From assembly GCA_009859145.1 (NCBI GenBank), contig VRVR01000041.1, positions 1-64,000 on the forward strand: a stretch of 64,000 nt of DNA, written 5' to 3'. This document shows, in pieces, positions 34,265 to 42,462 of this stretch. The DNA comes from Andalucia godoyi And28. Its lineage: Eukaryota > Protista > Jakobida. The translations under genes and the position numbers were made by a program. The first letter of the stretch is position 1; every line of letters begins with the position of its first letter. The notes under the pieces were generated by a model. That model did no database searches. It had not been told where the DNA came from and saw nothing but the letters and a program-made list of their open reading frames with translations.

Positions 34265-35188
34265 ATGAGTCGGCCAGCAGTCAGCGAGAAACCGCAGCTC
34301 GATTCTGGAGAGTTAAAGTCTGTAACGGCTGCAGTCGTCCGATTTGGGCTTGGAGTGACTGCAGCCGTTGCAGGAGTTACAGCTGTCTATCCGTTTGATA
34401 CGATAAAGACGAAATTGCAAAACGAGCGCAAGGTGAAAGCCGATGCGGCAGCTTCGGGTCCGCGATACAATGGGCTTGTTTCGTGCGGGAAGTATGTGAT
34501 GCAGCATGAAGGTGTCCGGGGTTTTTACAGAGGTCTTGGGGCGCAGGCGTCTGGGAAAGGGCTTGAGAAGGGATTCCAGCTGTTTTTCGTGGATATGCTT
34601 CGGCAGGCGATTACGGGACCACCCTCCAAGTCGAACTACTCGATTGGCACCGAGCTCTTTGCGGGTGCAGTGGCCGGAGCTATTCAGGTCGTAACGACAA
34701 ATCCGTTTGAACTTGTCAAGGTCCGCATTCAGACGTCGCAAAAGTCCACGCTAGAGGTGCTGCGAGACGTTGGGTTCAAAGGCCTCTTTTCAAAAGGACT
34801 CTCGGCGTGCTTGGTCAGAGATGTTGCCTTCGCGTCTCTGTATTTTGGTATTTATGCACAATACAAGGTTTCTGTATTTGGGACTCCGCGAGTGAGCAAC
34901 GCCGAAATGTCGCTTCCCCATCTGTTCGTTGGCGGCTCGCTTGCAGGATGCATCAGCGCGTGGGTGACCACTCCAGCGGACGTCATCAAGACTCGGATGC
35001 AGGCCGAACAAAAGGGAATCAGCGAATACAAAACACTTGTCGGCAGCGCAGCAAGAATCCTCCGAGAAGAAGGGTTTACAACGTTCTTTCGAGGCGCGGT
35101 CCCAAGAATGCTGCGGTCCGCCCCGCAGTACGGAGTCATGCTCCTGACCTACGATTGGCTGCAAGGGATTGTGCAAGGGAAGCAATAA
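34265..35188 (+). CDS. Mitochondrial carrier (SLC25), aspartate/glutamate-carrier-like, without EF-hand extension
   Basis: Three Px[DE]xx[KR] signatures (PFDTIK, PFELVK, PADVIK). RDVAFASLYF and RSAPQYGVML resemble AGC/citrin carrier domains. Confidence 0.9.
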   Translation: MSRPAVSEKPQLDSGELKSVTAAVVRFGLGVTAAVAGVTAVYPFDTIKTKLQNERKVKADAAASGPRYNGLVSCGKYVMQHEGVRGFYRGLGAQASGKGLEKGFQLFFVDMLRQAITGPPSKSNYSIGTELFAGAVAGAIQVVTTNPFELVKVRIQTSQKSTLEVLRDVGFKGLFSKGLSACLVRDVAFASLYFGIYAQYKVSVFGTPRVSNAEMSLPHLFVGGSLAGCISAWVTTPADVIKTRMQAEQKGISEYKTLVGSAARILREEGFTTFFRGAVPRMLRSAPQYGVMLLTYDWLQGIVQGKQ

Positions 35189-35244
35189 AACTAAATAATA
35201 ATTAAGTAGAGAAGCATCAAAACAAACCAGAAAATCAAAACGGT

Positions 35245-37950
35245 TTAGGATGCTTGCAATCCGTCCAGTGCGCCAGCAAGCCACAGCTCAAGCGCGGAAA
35301 CCCAATCATCGCGAGTCTTGCTCGAGGATGCTTCCAAATCAAGCGGCCGAGCAGCACTCACAACAGAAAAACAAACGTCTTCTCGCAAGCCACCCTTTTT
35401 CTTGCTTGCTTTCTTTTGGAGGACTTCGGTTTTCAATCCAGAAGAAACGCCGGTGACTTCCGCTCGAAGAATGACTTCCTTTTTCACTTTTGGGTTTCGT
35501 GCATCCTTTTCCGAATCGGCCCATGAAATACCAGAACCATCCGATAGAACGAAAACAAAACGCGATCCATCGGAACCGTTTCGAGCATGCTTGACAAACA
35601 AGGACCCATTCACCATCATCTTCCAAAACGCGACTTTCACTGCAAGTGCCTCCGCAGCAGCCGCCTTCTCCTTCTCCTTCTCCTTCTCCAGGGCTTCCTG
35701 CTGTGCAATATGAGCCGCCTTTTGCTCTTCCGCATCCGCAGCGACCTCTTCATCCTCGTTCTCCAGCCGCTGCTGATGCTTTGATCGCTCTCCAGCAGGA
35801 CTCTTGGCATCTGTCGAAAGACTGTCCTCGTCCTCCTCTCCGTCAACATCAAACTCATCGTGGATTTCGGCAGTCATGGCAGAATCGGAATAATCATCTG
35901 CTGTTGTCTCATCCATCAACCTCCGATCGGAGTCTGCGGAATGGTCATCTGAAAGCGACTGGAGTTCCGGAGAATCCTGCCCGCTAACAGTACGCTCATG
36001 TTGATGATGATGATGCTGGAAAGTAGCCGCAGCATCTGGGAAGAGAACCGCTTGCGAGATACCCGAGGACCCATTGTCTACCGAAGACCCGTGAGACCGC
36101 GCATTTTGTACAGATGCCCGGTTCTCTGCGGAACCTAGAGAAGTATCCTCAATCGTCCTATCCTGAGCACTGTCTTTTCTTTCCAAGACGGCCTCCCTTG
36201 CTCCATTGTCGGCGGTCGTTCGGACGCCTTGATTCCTATCATCATCATCATCATCAACAATAACGCAACTGCCGTGAACTACAACCACATCATCAACAGC
36301 AGTACCATCGACAAAACCACTACCATTGTTGCTGCTGTTGCATTGATTATCATCAACAATCACGTCCACAATGTCATCTTCGATATCAACATCGTCGTCC
36401 GTATGCGACCCCGTATCTTCCACTGCACTTGGATGGACGACAGCCGCCACCGGACTGACGAGCCCCAGGTTTGGATGATGCCCGGCAAGGTTGTTTTCGT
36501 CATTTGGATGTTCCTCGTTGTACCGCTCCTCGGCTTCCTCCATCTTATCCAATTCGTCATCCACATCTGTCGTTTCATCGGCATCTTCTCCATCGTCCAG
36601 GTTCTCAAGCCCGTCGCCGTCCTCATCGTCTTCATCGTCATCGTCATCGTGGATGATGAAATCGTCAGCAACATCTGCATCTTCATCCTCACTTGCGTCC
36701 GCGAACTCCTCTTCGCTCTGGACAATCTCCTTCACAAACACGCGGTCGGAGAAGCTTACGGTGCGCTTTCGCTTTGCAGGAGTATTGAGGTGGTCCACTG
36801 CATCATCCGGTACGGCCGCAAACAACTCGACAATAGGATGCACAACGACGTCGGGCAACACATACAGTTTTGCTTCGTGCTCTAGCACATCCGCTGGCGC
36901 AGCTTCCGGTTGCGGTAGAGAATACATTGAAGTGTTGTTGGAAGACTCCAGTATCCTTGCAACTGCTCGATCAAGCTCTGCCGCGGCAGCATCGCAAGCA
37001 ATCTGTTTCTGAGCAACAGTCGCCAACAAGTCGGCCTCCAGTTTTTCCGCGTGCTGATTGATTGCATCTCGCACGAAGGTTTCTCTGAGATCAGCTTCCA
37101 CTTTCAGCCTCAACACCAGATCCTTCCTGTCCGCCTTCTTTGCGCTCTTCTTCAGCTCGTTCAGCTCCGTGCTGAGAGACTCGATAAGCAAGCTGTACAA
37201 GCTATTCTTCATGTCCTCTGTGATCGACACCACCTTCTTCGCCACGACAGCCTCGGCATGGACACGCGTTGAGGACTTTAGAGAAGACATGTACAATCCA
37301 AGACTCGAGACGGTCTGCTCCAGCTGTGTTTCCTGCATTAAAATTCGCTCCTTGATCGCCGACACAAACACGTCGTGTCGGTTCTTCTCTTCCCTGGTGA
37401 TCTTCTCTGTCGTCTCCCTTTCTGCATTGAGTTGGACCATTTCCGATTGCAACTTGGCGTTATGCAACTCCAAGTCCTCAATTTGCGACCGCAGAGAAGA
37501 CGCTTCCTTTGAAAGCTTGGTCTCCTCGGTAGAAAACGCCCTTTGCGACTCCTCCAATTTCCTCTTCAACCCATCCGATTCCTGGACGATGAAATCCCGC
37601 TGCAACCTTGCCTTTTCAAGCGCTGCCTTGGCCTCGCCCACCTGCTTCTGAATGGCCTCGATCTCTGCAGCCTCTTCCTTCCGATGCATTTCCGACGTCT
37701 TCACCAGCTCATTCCGAACTGCCGTAAGTTTCGCCGTCTTCTCTCGACTCTGGGACACATCCGCTTGCACCAGCTGCAGATCCGACTGCACACCCTCCAG
37801 CTTCGCCTGCTCCTGAGACAGCTGAAACTCAAGCTCGGACAATTCGCTCTGAAGATCCGATTGAGCGCTCTTCAGGGTCGGAATCACCAACGATTCCAAT
37901 TCTAGAATCCGTGCATTCAGCTCCGGAACACTGCTTCCCACCATCGCCAT
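35245..37950 (-). CDS. Coiled-coil protein with acidic low-complexity middle and C-terminal PLC-type PH domain
   Basis: N-terminal heptads, D/E-rich centre, and C-terminal MVNGSLFVKH...VCFSVVSAARPLDLEASSSKTRDDWVSAL (PH fold with terminal Trp helix). Confidence 0.85.
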   Translation of the reverse strand: MAMVGSSVPELNARILELESLVIPTLKSAQSDLQSELSELEFQLSQEQAKLEGVQSDLQLVQADVSQSREKTAKLTAVRNELVKTSEMHRKEEAAEIEAIQKQVGEAKAALEKARLQRDFIVQESDGLKRKLEESQRAFSTEETKLSKEASSLRSQIEDLELHNAKLQSEMVQLNAERETTEKITREEKNRHDVFVSAIKERILMQETQLEQTVSSLGLYMSSLKSSTRVHAEAVVAKKVVSITEDMKNSLYSLLIESLSTELNELKKSAKKADRKDLVLRLKVEADLRETFVRDAINQHAEKLEADLLATVAQKQIACDAAAAELDRAVARILESSNNTSMYSLPQPEAAPADVLEHEAKLYVLPDVVVHPIVELFAAVPDDAVDHLNTPAKRKRTVSFSDRVFVKEIVQSEEEFADASEDEDADVADDFIIHDDDDDEDDEDGDGLENLDDGEDADETTDVDDELDKMEEAEERYNEEHPNDENNLAGHHPNLGLVSPVAAVVHPSAVEDTGSHTDDDVDIEDDIVDVIVDDNQCNSSNNGSGFVDGTAVDDVVVVHGSCVIVDDDDDDRNQGVRTTADNGAREAVLERKDSAQDRTIEDTSLGSAENRASVQNARSHGSSVDNGSSGISQAVLFPDAAATFQHHHHQHERTVSGQDSPELQSLSDDHSADSDRRLMDETTADDYSDSAMTAEIHDEFDVDGEEDEDSLSTDAKSPAGERSKHQQRLENEDEEVAADAEEQKAAHIAQQEALEKEKEKEKAAAAEALAVKVAFWKMMVNGSLFVKHARNGSDGSRFVFVLSDGSGISWADSEKDARNPKVKKEVILRAEVTGVSSGLKTEVLQKKASKKKGGLREDVCFSVVSAARPLDLEASSSKTRDDWVSALELWLAGALDGLQAS

Positions 37951-37975
37951 CTCAACTAACCAGCCTCTGTGCGTG

Positions 37976-37995
37976 GTGTGTGTGTGTGTGTGTGT
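37976..37995. repeat. (GT)10 microsatellite
   Basis: Directly visible in the divergent intergenic region. Confidence 0.9.
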
Positions 37996-38316
37996 ACTAT
38001 GTAATATAATAAACGATAGGAACGCCTACAAAGAGAAACGCAATACCAAAAAAAGATTGGTCGTTGGTGGAGCTTGAATTGCACGCTACGGATTGCATGA
38101 TATGCAGCAGCGGGGGAATTATTCCCGCCTTTTTGTATTACAGTAGATTCGGCGGATCGTCATCGCAATTTTTGTTGGGTTTCGTTTTCTCTTTGCGCTT
38201 TCCTTATTTCCTGCACGTAAGTATGCATGAATTGGGAATTGGCTGGGGAAGAGGGGTTGTGGGTGTTTTTTTTTTTGTTTTTTTGTTTTTTGAAGTAATT
38301 TATCTTGTTTTTGTAG

Positions 38317-41300
38317 ATGGGGCTTCTTGATAAACTTGTATGTAAGACAGCTGGTGGTGCTTCCGTCAATGCACCAATCAAGCGATCTTCTTCGTGGTTT
38401 TGCGACGAAGATGGTGACGAATCGTTGTCGAAAGCCCCGAAAACAGCGCTAAAGCCGGATGTTTCTGTCGCAAAGGTCGTCGCAGCTGCTGCAGCCCCTG
38501 GCCACAACGACGCTCCTAAATCCACAAGTCTGGGTCTTTCCGATTCTGTGAAGCAGATTCTGAGAAGAGCGTCTGCAACGACAGGCGCGCAAGCCGAGAC
38601 TTGCAGCACACGGACACCGAACTCGTCGCAGCCTTTGGCCGTTTCGTTTGACGAGTCTCTCCGGTCGTTTGTGTCACAGCTGCAATCACAGACTCTTCGA
38701 AAAGACGCGGGAGGAAATGTTGCGATCCGGTATTCCGCGGATGAGTGGAAAGGAGCAGCGGCTGCGGCGGCGGCTGCAGAGTGTCGCGGGGAACTGGGGG
38801 GAGAAGATGATAAGGACAATAAGGACGTAGCAAGGACGTCCAAAAAGGGTGCATCTCGAAAGAAGGATTCCAAGAATGAACTAGGAGAAGACATGGCACA
38901 ATTGTCGAAAATTGAGTATGATTTTCGGGCTCGGCAGAATTCGGTTTCTGCACTGCAGAATGCCCGGTTTACGCTGAACACACTTGGATCCGAGTCTGTG
39001 GACCACGTTGCGTCGGCGATTCTCAAGAATCAGCACAAGAGCGGGGGCAGAGTTGCGTCGTTCAAGCGGCTGAAATTGAAATCCAAGAAGAAAGGTGGCT
39101 TCAATTCGTATGGTTCGAAATGGATGGGCAAGAACCGAGTGTACAAATTCTCTCGAGTGTCGTCTGCGAAGCCCATGGCATCTCGTCTGGAGGCACGAGA
39201 GCTGGATGAAGATACGATGTTGGCAGAGTCCACCGTGGACATTGGGATTCCGAAAGCGAAGAATAAGAAGAATCAAAAGGCTGGAAAGAAGACCCGAAAC
39301 ACGTTCGATTTCGTCGGCAGCGAAAGTGAGAACGACAGTGAAGATGGTGGTGACGGTGACGGCGACGAACTGCAGAAGGAGAACGACGAAGAGTTGGAAG
39401 AGACGCTTTCCAAAGTTGTCGAAGCGTTCCATCAAGCATTTTTGAGAAAAGATCATGCTGCCATCGATGCTTGGATTTCCGAGAATCTGCTGCATGTTTG
39501 CCGGGAACTGTTTGGCATTGACGAATTTCGTGAGGGGCAGTACGAGTCGTTTTTCGAATTACTGCACGGGCGCTCTGTGCTTTCGGTGCTGCCAACGGGC
39601 CAGGGAAAGTCGCTGCTGTTTCAAATTGCCAGTGTGCTCCTCCCGTCTTTGGTGATCGTCATCAGTCCTCTTATTTCGCTGCTGCAGGATCAAGAAGAAA
39701 AGCTTCCTCCGTTCATTGATGGTGTCTTCTTTTTTGGAGAGCTGGTTCGAAAACAACGAAAAGCTCTCTTCGATCACATTCTCGATAACTGTGCGAGTTC
39801 TTCCATGTCACCAACGGTGGTTTTCTTGTCTCCAGAACGGTTTGTCAGTGGAGAATTTCAGAATTTGCTGAAGCAGGCGTCCGGCCACATGAGCAACTTG
39901 CTCGTGTGCATCGATGAAGCCCACTGCATTTCAGAATGGTCGCACAACTTTAGGTCGTCGTATTTGCGACTAGGCTCGGCTGTGACGGCTGTCAAGAAAT
40001 CGTTTGAGTGCGTCCAAATATTGGCACTGACTGGATCGGCTACTGTGCGCGCGCAGCAGTCCATCAAAAACGTACTGTTCCCCAGCCATCCGGAAGAATG
40101 CGCTGTTGTTTCATGTGCGCAGTCTGTTCGAGACAATGCGGTTATTCGGATTTACCTGACCGAGGACAAGCGAAAAGCTCTTGACAAGTTGTTTTTGGAA
40201 AAGGAATCGGAACTGCATGGACTGACGTCCGTCATGGTGTACGTGAGTTTTCAACACGAAGCTGATTCGATTGCGGCAATTTTGAGGTCCAGCGGAATAC
40301 GCTCGGACTCGTATCATGCTGGCAAAACATCTGCGGCTCGGAACCGTGTTCAGGAGAATTTCATGTCTGGAAAACTGCACGTCGTGGTCTGCACCGTTGC
40401 ATTTGGAATGGGAATTCACAAAGAGGACGTTCGCGCTGTTGTCCACTATGGACTCCCTCGCTCCTTGGAAGGGTATGTTCAGGAATCCGGGCGGGGAGGC
40501 CGGGATGGCAAGCCGTACTTCTCCATTGTCATTTTTGAGAAGAAGGACTTTGGATTGTTACGAAGTCTGTGTTTTTCTTCTGCTGTGGATCTCAGACAAG
40601 TCCAGCAGCTATTTTTCCACATTCCGAAACTCGCTGCGTTTGACGGTCAGTACATCGTGGATATAATGGACGTCGAAAAGCAGCTTGCGCTTCCGCGGTA
40701 TTCTGTGGACACAATGCTGGCATATGCGTGCATGGAAGCTCCTGAATACTTTCGCGACCCCATCTTTGAGACCGTCTCCTATGATGTATCGTTTCGATCC
40801 GCAGCGCCAGAAGCGTTGGCATCCACGTTCCGGGTTGCAGCTGGCATTGCGGCCACGTCGCAGTGCAGATATGGAACGTACAACACCCGGGCGTTGGAAG
40901 TCTGCAAGCATCAGAAGATGCCATTCGACGAGTTCTTGTTCGAACTGGAGAGCATGTCTGAAGCAGGAAACTGCTATTTGAAACGTGCTTCATCTGGATG
41001 CATCGTCACGTTCAAGTGCTCGGGCAAAGTCTCTGCGCAGATGGCACGCGTGGCAGAAACTGTGCACCAGAGGATATCCGCTATCGAGACGTCTTCAGTC
41101 CACCGACTGCAAGCAATATATTCACTGATGAGCAAATTTGCGAACCGCGAGGAAGACGTATCGGCGCAATTCCAATCGGCGCTCAATGACTACTTTACGC
41201 TCGAAGCTCAATTGCAGAGTGTCGAGATGGATGAGCACATTGGAGAAACCGCGCTTCTCATTACAGACATCAAGGCTGTGCTTCATCAGATGCCGCGCGA

Positions 41301-41637
41301 TGGTATGAACGCGATTACGGTTTCCAAAATCATGCATGGCATTCCTTCTCCTCAGTTCCCTATGGCATCTGGAGCACTTGAAACGTTCTGGGGAGAACAT
41401 GTCAATGTTCCCTTCGAGCAGATCAAGCTCATGGCATCCAAGATCATCCAGCAGATGGACATTGTCGATCTAGCGGGTCCCAGCCGCAAACGCAGTCTAA
41501 CCATTGCGCAAGAAGCCATTCTGCAGGTCCAACACCACGATGACGGTGGCGATGGCAGTGGCGACGGCAGTGGCGACGGCGATGGCGATGATGACAGCAG
41601 TGATGAGGATGAGAATAACAGTGCCGATGAAAAATGA
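38317..41637 (+). CDS. RECQL4: RecQ4-type DNA helicase
   Basis: LPTGQGKSLLFQ (motif I), DEAHCISEWSHNFRSSYLRL (RecQ4-like motif II), VCTVAFGMGIHK and YVQESGRGGRDG. Disordered N-terminus with SFKRLKLK. Confidence 0.88.
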   Translation: MGLLDKLVCKTAGGASVNAPIKRSSSWFCDEDGDESLSKAPKTALKPDVSVAKVVAAAAAPGHNDAPKSTSLGLSDSVKQILRRASATTGAQAETCSTRTPNSSQPLAVSFDESLRSFVSQLQSQTLRKDAGGNVAIRYSADEWKGAAAAAAAAECRGELGGEDDKDNKDVARTSKKGASRKKDSKNELGEDMAQLSKIEYDFRARQNSVSALQNARFTLNTLGSESVDHVASAILKNQHKSGGRVASFKRLKLKSKKKGGFNSYGSKWMGKNRVYKFSRVSSAKPMASRLEARELDEDTMLAESTVDIGIPKAKNKKNQKAGKKTRNTFDFVGSESENDSEDGGDGDGDELQKENDEELEETLSKVVEAFHQAFLRKDHAAIDAWISENLLHVCRELFGIDEFREGQYESFFELLHGRSVLSVLPTGQGKSLLFQIASVLLPSLVIVISPLISLLQDQEEKLPPFIDGVFFFGELVRKQRKALFDHILDNCASSSMSPTVVFLSPERFVSGEFQNLLKQASGHMSNLLVCIDEAHCISEWSHNFRSSYLRLGSAVTAVKKSFECVQILALTGSATVRAQQSIKNVLFPSHPEECAVVSCAQSVRDNAVIRIYLTEDKRKALDKLFLEKESELHGLTSVMVYVSFQHEADSIAAILRSSGIRSDSYHAGKTSAARNRVQENFMSGKLHVVVCTVAFGMGIHKEDVRAVVHYGLPRSLEGYVQESGRGGRDGKPYFSIVIFEKKDFGLLRSLCFSSAVDLRQVQQLFFHIPKLAAFDGQYIVDIMDVEKQLALPRYSVDTMLAYACMEAPEYFRDPIFETVSYDVSFRSAAPEALASTFRVAAGIAATSQCRYGTYNTRALEVCKHQKMPFDEFLFELESMSEAGNCYLKRASSGCIVTFKCSGKVSAQMARVAETVHQRISAIETSSVHRLQAIYSLMSKFANREEDVSAQFQSALNDYFTLEAQLQSVEMDEHIGETALLITDIKAVLHQMPRDGMNAITVSKIMHGIPSPQFPMASGALETFWGEHVNVPFEQIKLMASKIIQQMDIVDLAGPSRKRSLTIAQEAILQVQHHDDGGDGSGDGSGDGDGDDDSSDEDENNSADEK

Positions 41638-41677
41638 CAGCGGTCGTAGGTCGATGGCATGAAACACAAAACCCAAC

Positions 41678-42138
41678 TTTCAATACGCCTACATCATACA
41701 CTGAACATGCATATCTACGAATGGACATGCATATTCAATCTTGCATCCCGTTGCCGGGAAGGGGATAGGCCCCCAACATGCCTCGCGGCGCTCTTCAGAT
41801 AGATGTTCCGCGCTCCGTTCCCAATCTCGATCAATCTGTGACCTACACGCGGGACATGCAGACACTTTGCTTCCGCCGCTCGCGATACTCAGTCGCCTTA
41901 TGGCACAAACGTTGCAAAAAGTGAAACCAACAAATGATAGAATAGATGGCTACGGATGCTGCGTTAAATCGTGTCGAAAATGCGGAGCCTGTGTCGCAGG
42001 CTGAATTTTGGCCGAGCGTACGTAAGCACGAATTCCTGTGAAGCAAAACGTGCTGGTGTCGGCCAGTGTCGACCGTGTCTGTTTATGAATGCTTTCCTTC
42101 CGTATATGCACGACAATGACGTGTTGTTACCTCAATCG
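41678..42138. mobile_element. Dispersed intergenic repeat, copy C
   Basis: Left arm 41678-41840 is shared with B. A different core at 41841-41919. Right arm about 41920-42130 is shared with A and B and carries an insertion near 42065-42100. Confidence 0.75.
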
Positions 42139-42291
42139 GTCCATCATCAATCACGCCCCATTTGCCCGAATGCGTACAGCAAAATTCGTCCAATCAATCT
42201 CCGATCTGGAAAACGATTTCCCGATAATCTTCCCGCAGCAAAAGAAGCCTTTTCTTTTCATACTTTAACACTAATTTTTCCTTTATATGTG

Positions 42292-42311
42292 TATATATAT
42301 ATATATATATA
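42292..42311. repeat. (TA)10 microsatellite within an AT-rich island (about 42250-42420)
   Basis: Directly visible upstream of the GH15 gene. Confidence 0.9.
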
Positions 42312-42462
42312 TTTTTTTAATGTATTTATTTTTTTTAATTATTAAATTAATTAATTGTTTATTTATTTTGTTAATGCAAGTTACGAAGAATTTGAACTTT
42401 ATTGAATTTGTTTTGCTGAAGATTGTTTTCAGGTTTTGAAGAAGGGTAGAAGGAAGAAAGCA

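Noticed and set aside
38122-38129. E2F-like site TTCCCGCC upstream of RECQL4
   Set aside because: It is biologically plausible, but similar TTCCCGC strings occur at several unrelated places in the window and a single 8-mer is not supportable.
34007-41650. Exact 13-nt match CAGCGGTCGTAGG at 34007 and 41638
   Set aside because: Matches of this length are expected by chance in a 64-kb self-comparison and there is no extended alignment.
802-42138. Classifying the repeat as a MITE, Helitron or tRNA-derived SINE
   Set aside because: I found no terminal inverted repeats, no TC...CTRR ends with a subterminal hairpin, and no Pol III A/B boxes.
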